64,000 bases of DNA from Clostridia bacterium (GCA_017546145.1 JAFYXN010000013.1:5213-69212); one strand, 5' to 3'; counted from the stretch's first letter, positions 38,075-45,799 are shown. The notes: generated from the sequence alone by a model not told the origin. Made by a program: numbers and translations.

Positions 38075-39139
38075 ATGGATATAAAGATTGTTAAAACAAC
38101 AACACCAAAAGAACATCCCGAAAGCTCAACATTAGGTTTTGGTAAGTTCTTTACAGACCACATGTTTATTATGGATTATTCACGTGAAAAAGGCTGGTAC
38201 GACGCAAGAATAGTTCCTTTCGGCAGAATTGAGCTTCATCCTGCCTCAACAGTACTTCACTATGGTTCAGAAATTTTTGAAGGACTTAAGGCTTATCGCC
38301 GCGAAGACGGAACTGTTCAGATGTTCAGACCTATCGAAAATATTCGCAGAATGAACCGCAGTGCAGAAAGACTTTGCCTTCCTCAGATTGATGAGGCTAT
38401 GGCTATGGAGATTCTTGAAAAATTTGTTGCATTTGAGCAAGACTGGACACCATCTGCTCCCGGAACGTCTCTTTATTTAAGACCTTTTATGTTTGGTAAT
38501 GACGAAACACTTGGTGTTCACGCTGTTCACAATGCTACATTTATGATTATTGCATCACCGGTTGGCAGCTACTACAAAGAGGGCATTAATCCTGTTAAAA
38601 TTATGATTGAAGCAGAGGATGTACGTGCTGTCCGTGGCGGTACAGGTTATGCAAAGTGCGGCGGAAACTACGCTGCAAGCAACCGTGCCGGCGAAAAGGC
38701 TGAACAAAGCGGATATTCTCAGGTTTTGTGGCTTGATGGCCTGGAGAGAAAGTACATTGAAGAAGTTGGTGCAATGAACGTTATGTTTAAAATAAACGGC
38801 GAGATTGTTACACCGGCTCTTACGGGCTCGATTCTTCCGGGTATTACACGTATGTCTTGCCTTGAAGTATTAAGAAAAGAAGGCTACAATGTTTCAGAAA
38901 GGCTTCTCAGCATTGACGAGCTTGAAAAAGCTATGGACGACGGAACACTTGAAGAAGCTTGGGGCTGCGGCACTGCTGCAGTAATTTCACCTATCGGTGA
39001 GCTTCGTTACAAGGACAAGATTTTTGCTGTAAATAATGGTGAAATCGGTGAGGTTACTCAACATCTTTATGATACACTTACCGGAATTCAATGGGGCAAG
39101 ATTGAAGATACCTTCGGTTGGACGTATCCTTTAAAATAA
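38075..39139 (+). CDS. ilvE: branched-chain amino acid aminotransferase
   Basis: 354 aa. FGKFFTDHMF, YGSEIFEGLKAYR and GTGYAKCGGNY motifs of the long BCAT type. Confidence 0.9.
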   Translation: MDIKIVKTTTPKEHPESSTLGFGKFFTDHMFIMDYSREKGWYDARIVPFGRIELHPASTVLHYGSEIFEGLKAYRREDGTVQMFRPIENIRRMNRSAERLCLPQIDEAMAMEILEKFVAFEQDWTPSAPGTSLYLRPFMFGNDETLGVHAVHNATFMIIASPVGSYYKEGINPVKIMIEAEDVRAVRGGTGYAKCGGNYAASNRAGEKAEQSGYSQVLWLDGLERKYIEEVGAMNVMFKINGEIVTPALTGSILPGITRMSCLEVLRKEGYNVSERLLSIDELEKAMDDGTLEEAWGCGTAAVISPIGELRYKDKIFAVNNGEIGEVTQHLYDTLTGIQWGKIEDTFGWTYPLK

Positions 39140-39173
39140 GGTCTTTTATTTAGTTTATTAGGAGGAAAGAAAA

Positions 39174-40571
39174 ATGAAAAATATTAATGTGGCGGACATA
39201 ACTTTGTGTCGCAATGCATCGACACTTAGTTTTAAAGAAAAGATAGAGATTGTCAGACAGCTTGAAAAGCTTAATATAAATGCAATTGAACTACCTGCAA
39301 TTGAAAATAAAAAGACTGACATCCTATTTGTCCGTACAATTTCTTCATTTGTGCAAAACGGTATTATTTCTGTTTCAGCCGGTATGAATGCTGAAGGAGT
39401 AGAATATGCACTTGAAGCACTTTCAGCAGCAAAGCATCCGCGCGTTAGAATAGAATTGCCGGTTTCTCCTGTAGGAATGGAATATACTTGTCACAAAAAA
39501 GCACCAAAAATGCTTGAACTTATTTCAGAAATGGTTTCAAAAGCAAAGGCATCCTGCACAGACGTTGAATTCTGTGCAGTTGATGCAACGCGTGCAGAAG
39601 AACAGTTTTTGATTGATGCTGTTAAAGCTGCAATCTGTGCAGGTGTATCCTTGATAACAATATGCGACACAGCCGGCGAGATGATGCCGGATGAGTTTGC
39701 TGGATTTATTGATGACATCAAAGCAAAAGTTTCTGAACTTGATAAGGTTTCTTTGGGCGTTTCATGTGAAGATAAAAACGGCATGGCAAATGCCGCAGCA
39801 GCAATTACCGTCAGAGACAGCGCAGACACTGTAAAAACTGCTGTTTCTTCCGGAACTGTTTCTTTGGAGATTTTTGCTGAAACAATTAAAAATTGCGGAA
39901 ATAACTGCGGTCTTTCAAGTCAAATCAAATATACTGAGCTTCGTCGCATCATACGTCAGATTTCAAGAATAATTAAAATAACCGATGAAGCTGATGCTTC
40001 TGAAAAGATTGAATACACAGACAGCAATACGCTTTATCTTGATAAAAGCGATGACAGCACTGCTGTTGCCGCAATGACTCAAAAACTGGGCTATGACCTT
40101 AGCGAAGAGGATTGCGAAAAAGTCTATGAAGAGTTTAAAAAACTTACAGAAAAGAAAGAAAAGGTCGGAGCAAGAGAACTTGATGCAATAATTGCAGCGG
40201 TTGCTCTTCAAGTTCCGCCTACATATAAGCTTATAAGCTATATAATCAATACCGGCAATATTATTACTGCATCTGCTCAGGTTAAGCTGTTCAAAGCTGA
40301 CACAGGTGAGGTTGAAGGCGTTTCAATGGGTGACGGACCTATTGATGCAGCATTTCGCGCTATTGAACAGATAACAGGCTCACATTATGAGCTTGATGAT
40401 TTTCAGATTCAGTCTGTAACCGAAGGCCGGGAGGCTATGGGTTGTGCATTGGTTCGTCTTCGCGAAGGAGGACGTCTTTATTCAGGCAGCGGTATTTCTA
40501 CTGACATTGTTGGCGCAAGTATAAATGCATATCTTGGTGCCGTGAATAAAATTGTTTACGAGGAGGCATAA
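39174..40571 (+). CDS. 2-isopropylmalate synthase homolog with degenerate catalytic motifs and an intact LeuA allosteric/dimerisation domain
   Basis: The HMGL-like barrel is recognisable (DVEFCAVDATR, ITICDTAGE). However, DITLCRNAS replaces DTTLRDGEQ and VSCEDKNG replaces VHCHNDLG. The C-terminal part (SAQVKL..GDGPIDAAFRAI..QSVTEGREAMG..GSGISTDIVGASINAYL) is LeuA_dimer-like. Confidence 0.7.
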   Translation: MKNINVADITLCRNASTLSFKEKIEIVRQLEKLNINAIELPAIENKKTDILFVRTISSFVQNGIISVSAGMNAEGVEYALEALSAAKHPRVRIELPVSPVGMEYTCHKKAPKMLELISEMVSKAKASCTDVEFCAVDATRAEEQFLIDAVKAAICAGVSLITICDTAGEMMPDEFAGFIDDIKAKVSELDKVSLGVSCEDKNGMANAAAAITVRDSADTVKTAVSSGTVSLEIFAETIKNCGNNCGLSSQIKYTELRRIIRQISRIIKITDEADASEKIEYTDSNTLYLDKSDDSTAVAAMTQKLGYDLSEEDCEKVYEEFKKLTEKKEKVGARELDAIIAAVALQVPPTYKLISYIINTGNIITASAQVKLFKADTGEVEGVSMGDGPIDAAFRAIEQITGSHYELDDFQIQSVTEGREAMGCALVRLREGGRLYSGSGISTDIVGASINAYLGAVNKIVYEEA

Positions 40572-40574
40572 ATT

Positions 40575-43103
40575 ATGAAACTGTCGTTTTCAACCAAGGG
40601 ATGGCATGGCCGTTCCTTTGAGGATTTTTGCGAAATAGCAAAAGATATGAAGTTCGAGGGTATTGAACTTCATAACATATACAACCCGCTTTTTACAGAA
40701 AAGGACGGCGCGTTTTATAACTATGCAGCTGCTGCAACGGTAAGACGGCTTTATGAGCTTAAGCTGACGCTTCCTTGCATTGACACTCTTTGCGATTGTG
40801 CAGATATTTCCTCTAAGGCTAAAGCATTGGAAGAAATTAATCAATGTATAAAAATTGCAACTAATCTTCATATTCCTAACGTACGTATTCGTGCAATAGG
40901 CGAAGGCATAGAAAAACAATCAGCAATCTCTGCTGTAATGGAAATCCTTTCTGAAGTTGTGCCAAATGCAGAGTCAAACAATGTTTCCCTGCTTTTGGAA
41001 ACCTCCGGAATTTTCTGCGATACAGCGGCACTTCGTGAGGTTTTGATTGATTTTGCAAGTGACTCACTTGGTGCAATATGGGATATGTATTCACCGTATT
41101 TTACTTGTGGTGAACAACCCGAAACAACAATTACAAACTTGGGTGCGTATGTGCGCCATGTGCATATTAAGGACGCACAGCGCACTGAAAATGGCACCGA
41201 ATTTTGTCTTATGGGCGAAGGTGAGCTTCCGATAGGTGAGATGATGGCTGCACTGCGCTCGGTGAATTATGACGGATTTATCTCTCTTGAATGGCATCCG
41301 GGTTGGTGCGAAGAGCTTGATGATATGGAGATTATCTTTGCTCAGTTTGTCAATTATATGAAACAGTACAGTGACCCTGCAAAGAACACACCTGCACTAT
41401 ATTCAAATAACACACATACCGGAAAGTACGTATGGAAAAAAGACCTCTTGATTGATTGCACCTTTGGTCAGGTACTTGACCGTATGGTAGAAGAATTTCC
41501 GGACCAGTACGCTTTTAAATATACAACTCTTGATTACACAAGAACCTACAGCGAATTTCGTGATGATGTTGACGAGTTTGCGCGTGCTCTTGTTGCAATG
41601 GGTGTTAAAGCGGGCACACACGTTGCTGTTTGGGCAACAAATGTTCCCCAGTGGTACATTGCATTTTGGGCAACCACTAAAATCGGAGCCGTTTTGGTTA
41701 CTGTAAACACAGCTTATAAAATTCATGAGGCTGAGTATCTGTTTAAACAGTCAGATACACATACGCTTATTATGGTTGACAGCTATCGGGACTCAAACTA
41801 TTCGCAGATTATTGCTGAGCTTTGTCCCGAACTGGAAGATTTAAAGCCGGGACAGCAGCTTCATGCAAAACGTTTGCCATTCTTGCGCAATGTAATTACA
41901 ATTGGCTTTAAGCAAAAAGGCTGCCTTGAGTGGGAGGATGCAGTTGCGCTTTCTTCAAAGGTTCCTGTTGAAACTGTTTATCGCATGGCGGCAGCAGTTG
42001 ATAAAGATGATGTCTGCAATATGCAGTACACATCAGGTACAACAGGCTTCCCTAAAGGGGTAATGCTGACGCACTACAATGTTGTAAATAACGGAAAGTG
42101 TATTGGTGACCGTATGGATTTGTCAACAGCAGACCGAATGATGATTCAGGTGCCAATGTTTCATTGCTTTGGAATGGTGCTTGCAATGACTGCATCAATG
42201 ACTCATGGTGCAACACTTTTGCCGCTTCCGTACTTTTCACCAAAGCCTGCACTTGCGTGTATCAACCGCGAACATATTACTGCATTCCATGGCGTTCCAA
42301 CAATGTTCATAGCACTTTTGGAACACCCTGATTTTGAAAAAACAGATTTTTCTTATATGCGTACAGGAATTATGGCAGGAAGTCCTTGCCCTATTTCGGC
42401 TATGCAGGATGTTGTAAACAAAATGAATATGAAGGAAATTACCATTGTTTATGGTCAGACCGAGGCATCTCCCGGATGTACCATGAGTTCTGCTGATGAC
42501 CCGCTTGAAGTACGTGTTGCAACTGTTGGACGTGCACTTCCCGAAATTGAGTGCAAAATTGTTGACCCTGACACGGGTGAGGAATGCCCTGATGGTGTAA
42601 ACGGTGAATTTGTGGCGCGCGGATACAATATCATGAAGGGATATTACAAGATGCCCAAGGCAACAGCAGCTGCAATAGATAAAGATGGATGGCTTCATAC
42701 AGGTGACCTTGCTTGCCGTACACCTGAAGGCAATTATAAAATTACAGGACGACTTAAGGATATGATTATCCGTGGTGGTGAGAATATTTATCCCAAAGAA
42801 ATTGAGGAGTTTATTTATACTCATCCGATGGTTAGTGATGTTCAGGTTATAGGCGTTCCTGACGAACAATATGGCGAAGAAATTATGGCTTGTATTATTC
42901 TTAAAGAAGGAGAAAGCATGACCGAGCAGGAAATGAAGGAATATATTCTTGCTCACATGGCAAAGCACAAGGTTCCAAAGTATATAGACTTTGTTAAGGC
43001 ATTCCCGATGAATGCTGCAGGCAAAATCCTTAAATACAAAATGCGTGAAGATGCAGTTGTTAAACTTGGTCTTCAAAAAGCAGACAGCGTGGTGACAGCA
43101 TAA
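40575..43103 (+). CDS. fusion protein: xylose-isomerase-like TIM barrel (AP_endonuc_2) domain plus AMP-dependent acyl-CoA synthetase
   Basis: 842 aa. Residues 1 to about 270 (GIELHN..LLLETSG..HVHIKDA..ISLEWH) form the TIM barrel. Residues from about 300 to 842 carry YTSGTTGFPKGVMLTH, YGQTE, TGDLA..ITGRLKDMIIRGGENIYP and GKILK. Confidence 0.8.
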   Translation: MKLSFSTKGWHGRSFEDFCEIAKDMKFEGIELHNIYNPLFTEKDGAFYNYAAAATVRRLYELKLTLPCIDTLCDCADISSKAKALEEINQCIKIATNLHIPNVRIRAIGEGIEKQSAISAVMEILSEVVPNAESNNVSLLLETSGIFCDTAALREVLIDFASDSLGAIWDMYSPYFTCGEQPETTITNLGAYVRHVHIKDAQRTENGTEFCLMGEGELPIGEMMAALRSVNYDGFISLEWHPGWCEELDDMEIIFAQFVNYMKQYSDPAKNTPALYSNNTHTGKYVWKKDLLIDCTFGQVLDRMVEEFPDQYAFKYTTLDYTRTYSEFRDDVDEFARALVAMGVKAGTHVAVWATNVPQWYIAFWATTKIGAVLVTVNTAYKIHEAEYLFKQSDTHTLIMVDSYRDSNYSQIIAELCPELEDLKPGQQLHAKRLPFLRNVITIGFKQKGCLEWEDAVALSSKVPVETVYRMAAAVDKDDVCNMQYTSGTTGFPKGVMLTHYNVVNNGKCIGDRMDLSTADRMMIQVPMFHCFGMVLAMTASMTHGATLLPLPYFSPKPALACINREHITAFHGVPTMFIALLEHPDFEKTDFSYMRTGIMAGSPCPISAMQDVVNKMNMKEITIVYGQTEASPGCTMSSADDPLEVRVATVGRALPEIECKIVDPDTGEECPDGVNGEFVARGYNIMKGYYKMPKATAAAIDKDGWLHTGDLACRTPEGNYKITGRLKDMIIRGGENIYPKEIEEFIYTHPMVSDVQVIGVPDEQYGEEIMACIILKEGESMTEQEMKEYILAHMAKHKVPKYIDFVKAFPMNAAGKILKYKMREDAVVKLGLQKADSVVTA

Positions 43104-43906
43104 TGATAAACGGCTTTTACGTAATTGATGCGCACTGCCATATATATCCTGAAAAAATTGCATCCAAAGCTGTTGCCGCAACCGATAAATTTTATGGTTC
43201 AACTGCTTACGGTGAAGGAACAGTAAATGATTTGATGTCCTCTTATCGTGAGCTTGGTGTTGACCATGCCGTTGTTCAATCCGTTGCAACAACCCCGCAT
43301 CAGGTAAAAAGTATAAATGAATTTATTGCCAAAGAAGTAGAAGCCTCTGATGGTTTTCTTACCGGACTTGGCACACTGCATCCCGAGAGCGATGATATTT
43401 GCGGTGACATTGAGTATCTTATGGAGCTTGGACTCAAAGGGGTTAAGCTTCACCCTGATATTCAAGGGTTCAAGGTGGATACAGATAATCTTCTTAAAAT
43501 ATATGAATGTTGTGAGAAGAAGGGTCTGTCCATTTTGATGCATACAGGGGATTACAGATACGATAATTCAAACCCTAATAGAGTGTTGCCGATTTTAAAA
43601 GCATATCCAAAACTTACGGTTATTGGTGCACATTTTGGCGGTTGGTCTATATGGGAAGAAGCGTGCGAGAAATATTCAGACCTTCCTAATTTCTATGTAG
43701 ACTGTTCATCAAGCTTTGAGTTTTCAGATGAGGTTGATTTTAAGGCGCTGGTTTTGCGGTATGGAACAGACCGAGTGCTGTTTGGTACGGATTACCCCAT
43801 GTGGTCAGCCGAAAAAGAACTTAAAACCTTTTTTGCAATGAATTTGCATGATGAAGCAAATCGTTTGATTTTGAGTGAAAATGCAAAAAGAATATTTAAT
43901 ATCTGA
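43103..43906 (+). CDS. amidohydrolase-2 (PF04909-like) metal-dependent hydrolase/decarboxylase family
   Basis: 267 aa. IDAHCHI (HxH), MHTG, GAHFGG and LFGTDYP. The start overlaps the upstream stop (TAATG). Confidence 0.75.
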   Translation: MINGFYVIDAHCHIYPEKIASKAVAATDKFYGSTAYGEGTVNDLMSSYRELGVDHAVVQSVATTPHQVKSINEFIAKEVEASDGFLTGLGTLHPESDDICGDIEYLMELGLKGVKLHPDIQGFKVDTDNLLKIYECCEKKGLSILMHTGDYRYDNSNPNRVLPILKAYPKLTVIGAHFGGWSIWEEACEKYSDLPNFYVDCSSSFEFSDEVDFKALVLRYGTDRVLFGTDYPMWSAEKELKTFFAMNLHDEANRLILSENAKRIFNI

Positions 43907-43908
43907 AC

Positions 43909-43933
43909 AAAAAACAGCCTTAGGGCTGTTTTT
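43909..43933 (+). terminator. intrinsic terminator ending the T-box(Leu) operon
   Basis: AAACAGCC-TTAG-GGCTGTTT followed by TTATTTT. Confidence 0.75.
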
Positions 43934-43976
43934 ATTTTCTTATTTTGGTTAATACTGAAAATAAGGAGATGATTAA

Positions 43977-44144
43977 ATGCGGATAATAAGATATATAAAC
44001 GGAAAACGTGTCAGCAAGCCCTTTGACAACAGCATAATTGTTGATAAAAACGAAATTTCACAGGCAATAAACAGCGCAAATCGCAGATTGAGAGGCACAG
44101 ATAACAGAAATATTCATGCCAACTTTGGTTTAGAAAATGAGTAA
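43977..44144 (+). CDS. 55-aa basic protein of unknown function, translationally coupled to the recombinase (below the ORF-track cutoff)
   Basis: I translated MRIIRYINGKRVSKPFDNSIIVDKNEISQAINSANRRLRGTDNRNIHANFGLENE. AAGGAGA lies 7 nt upstream, and its last 8 nt (ATGAGTAA) overlap the recombinase start. Confidence 0.5.
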   Translation: MRIIRYINGKRVSKPFDNSIIVDKNEISQAINSANRRLRGTDNRNIHANFGLENE

Positions 44145-45492
44145 AATTGCAGCAATCTATATTCGTGTTTCAACGGATGCTCAAAGGGAAGAAGGCTATT
44201 CAATAGATGCACAAAAAGAAATGCTTACGGCATACTGTGTGTCAAAGGGAATAAAGTGTTTTGAATATTATATTGACGGTGGATTTAGCGGAAGCAATAT
44301 TGAACGTCCTGAATTGAAAAGGCTTATAGGGGATGTCAAGGAAGGAAAAATCGGATGCGTGCTTGTTTATAAGCTTGACCGTCTTTCAAGAAGTCAGAAG
44401 GACACTCTTTATTTGATTGAAGATGTGTTTAACCCGTATGATGTGGATTTTGTTTCGCTTAACGAAAGCATGGATACATCAACACCGCTTGGTAGGCTGA
44501 TGCTTGGTATACTTTCGGCATTTGCACAGCTTGAACGAGAAAACATTAAAGAACGTACAAGTATGGGTATGAAGGAAAGGGTTAAAGAAGGCTACTGGAT
44601 GGGTGGAGGCCGTGTTCCGTTTGGCTATGACTATGATTCCAAAAAGGGTATTCTTGTCCCAAACCAAGATGCCGAAACTGTACGAAAGGTCTATGAACTG
44701 TATCTCGGCGGTTATTCAACCAATGCAATTGCAAGAATGGTTGGCTTAAGCTATGAACGGCTTGCAAGACAAATTCTAAAGCGAAAAACCAACGCAGGGT
44801 TTATTGTTTATAAAGGCGAGGAGTTCTTAGGAAAGCACAAACCTATAATAAGTCTTGAAACCTATGAACGTGCTATGCAAAAAATGTCAGAACGCTCGGG
44901 CAAATTTAAAGGCGACGCCCAAAACCTTCTTACTGGATTGGTAAAATGCGGTGTTTGCGGAGCAAAGATGCGATATCATAAATGGGGAAAACAAGGCTAC
45001 AAGCTGGTTTGTTATTCAAAGGATAAAAGTAAACCGCATCTTGTAAAAGACCCTGACTGTACAAATAACGGAATTTGGGCTGATGAACTGGAAAATGTGG
45101 TAAAAGAAGACCTATTTTCATTGGGTATAAAAAGCACTAAAACAAAATTTGATAACGAAAAAAGTGTTATTGATATTTTAAAAGAAAACGAAAAAAAGCT
45201 TTCTGATAAGTTAAAGCGGCTTTATTCTCTTTATGCAGAGGCGGAGGATGAAATTCTTAAGGAGTCTATTAAAGAAATAAAGATTAATTTGGATAGTATA
45301 CAAAAGCAGATAAAACGCGAAGAAAAAGAAAGGGTTATCTCTAAAAGGAACAATGAAATAAAAAAACAACTCAGTACGCTTCGTGAAACATGGAAATATC
45401 TTACCCCAAAAGAAAAACGAAATATTATTGAAAGCTGTGTATCAGAAATTGTTGTAGCAGATGATAATGCAGAAATATACTACAAATTTTAG
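44137..45492 (+). CDS. large serine recombinase (SpoIVCA/phage-integrase type)
   Basis: 451 aa. The catalytic region is AAIYIRVSTDAQ..YKLDRLSRS. It also has a recombinase domain, a zinc ribbon (CGVCGAKM..CYS..DPDC) and a coiled-coil tail. Confidence 0.9.
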   Translation: MSKIAAIYIRVSTDAQREEGYSIDAQKEMLTAYCVSKGIKCFEYYIDGGFSGSNIERPELKRLIGDVKEGKIGCVLVYKLDRLSRSQKDTLYLIEDVFNPYDVDFVSLNESMDTSTPLGRLMLGILSAFAQLERENIKERTSMGMKERVKEGYWMGGGRVPFGYDYDSKKGILVPNQDAETVRKVYELYLGGYSTNAIARMVGLSYERLARQILKRKTNAGFIVYKGEEFLGKHKPIISLETYERAMQKMSERSGKFKGDAQNLLTGLVKCGVCGAKMRYHKWGKQGYKLVCYSKDKSKPHLVKDPDCTNNGIWADELENVVKEDLFSLGIKSTKTKFDNEKSVIDILKENEKKLSDKLKRLYSLYAEAEDEILKESIKEIKINLDSIQKQIKREEKERVISKRNNEIKKQLSTLRETWKYLTPKEKRNIIESCVSEIVVADDNAEIYYKF

Positions 45493-45493
45493 T

Positions 45494-45535
45494 TTTTCTA
45501 CATGGTACATTCATTGGCACAGCGTACGTAGAAAA
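45494..45535. repeat. att-like imperfect inverted repeat centred on the sigG breakpoint
   Basis: TTTTCTAC (45494-45501), 26-nt spacer, GTAGAAAA (45528-45535). Inner GTAC elements lie at 45505-45508 and 45524-45527. The dyad centre at 45514/45515 coincides with the last SigG-like codon. Confidence 0.6.
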
Positions 45536-45799
45536 CTTAACACCGTGAGAGGTATCAAAATTATCAAGTGCCTTAATAAGCCCGATGCAACCTACCTGAA
45601 ATAAATCGTCTATATTTTCGTTCCTGTTTGAAAATCTTTGCAGTACACTAAGTACAAGTCTTAGATTGCCGTATATAAATTCTTGACGGGCGTTTGTATC
45701 GCCCCTTTGAATTTTGGAAAAAAGCTCTTGCTTTTGAGCCTCGCTCAAAACGGGAAGCTTTGATGTGTTTACTCCGCATATATCAACTTTGTTAATCAT
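45512..45799 (-). pseudogene. sigG: 5' fragment (96 codons, regions 1.2-2.3) of sporulation sigma factor G; the 3' half is missing
   Basis: MINKVDICGVNTSKLPVLSEAQ..GNLRLVLSVLQRF..DDLFQVGCIGLIKALDNFD..VKFSTYAVPM matches B. subtilis SigG (KVEICGVDTSKLPVL..FSTYAVPMIIGEIRRYLRDN). The sequence after PM is unrelated (NVPCRKTKICS..) and stops at 45425 inside the recombinase gene. The RBS GGGGGA and an upstream GTATA-N16-GAAATAATA are intact. Confidence 0.8.

Larger units (their letters stand above)
43977..45514. mobile_element. recombinase module abutting the sigG breakpoint. The right end is defined; the left extent is unknown.
   Basis: SigG homology stops at 45512-45514, 20 nt beyond the recombinase stop. 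Confidence 0.5.

Noticed and set aside
42237-43292. 351-aa minus-strand ORF, the longest unexplained ORF in the track
   Set aside because: It is antisense to the well-supported acyl-CoA synthetase and amidohydrolase genes. Its composition is rich in Cys, His, Phe, Asn and Lys with no motif and no RBS, which is typical of a shadow ORF.
43939-43965. Inverted repeat CTTATTTT-N11-AAAATAAG considered as the left att site of a 1.6-kb mini-element
   Set aside because: There is no sigG 3' coding sequence to its left, only the operon terminator and the amidohydrolase gene. Its arms do not resemble the arms at 45494-45535. I kept it only as a possible operator.
45425-45511. C-terminal 29 codons of the 124-aa sigma ORF in the track
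   Set aside because: The sequence NVPCRKTKICSIFLHYHLLQQFLIHSFQ has no similarity to any sigma-70 region and overlaps the recombinase gene antisense. I treated it as read-through past the breakpoint, not as part of a functional sigma factor.
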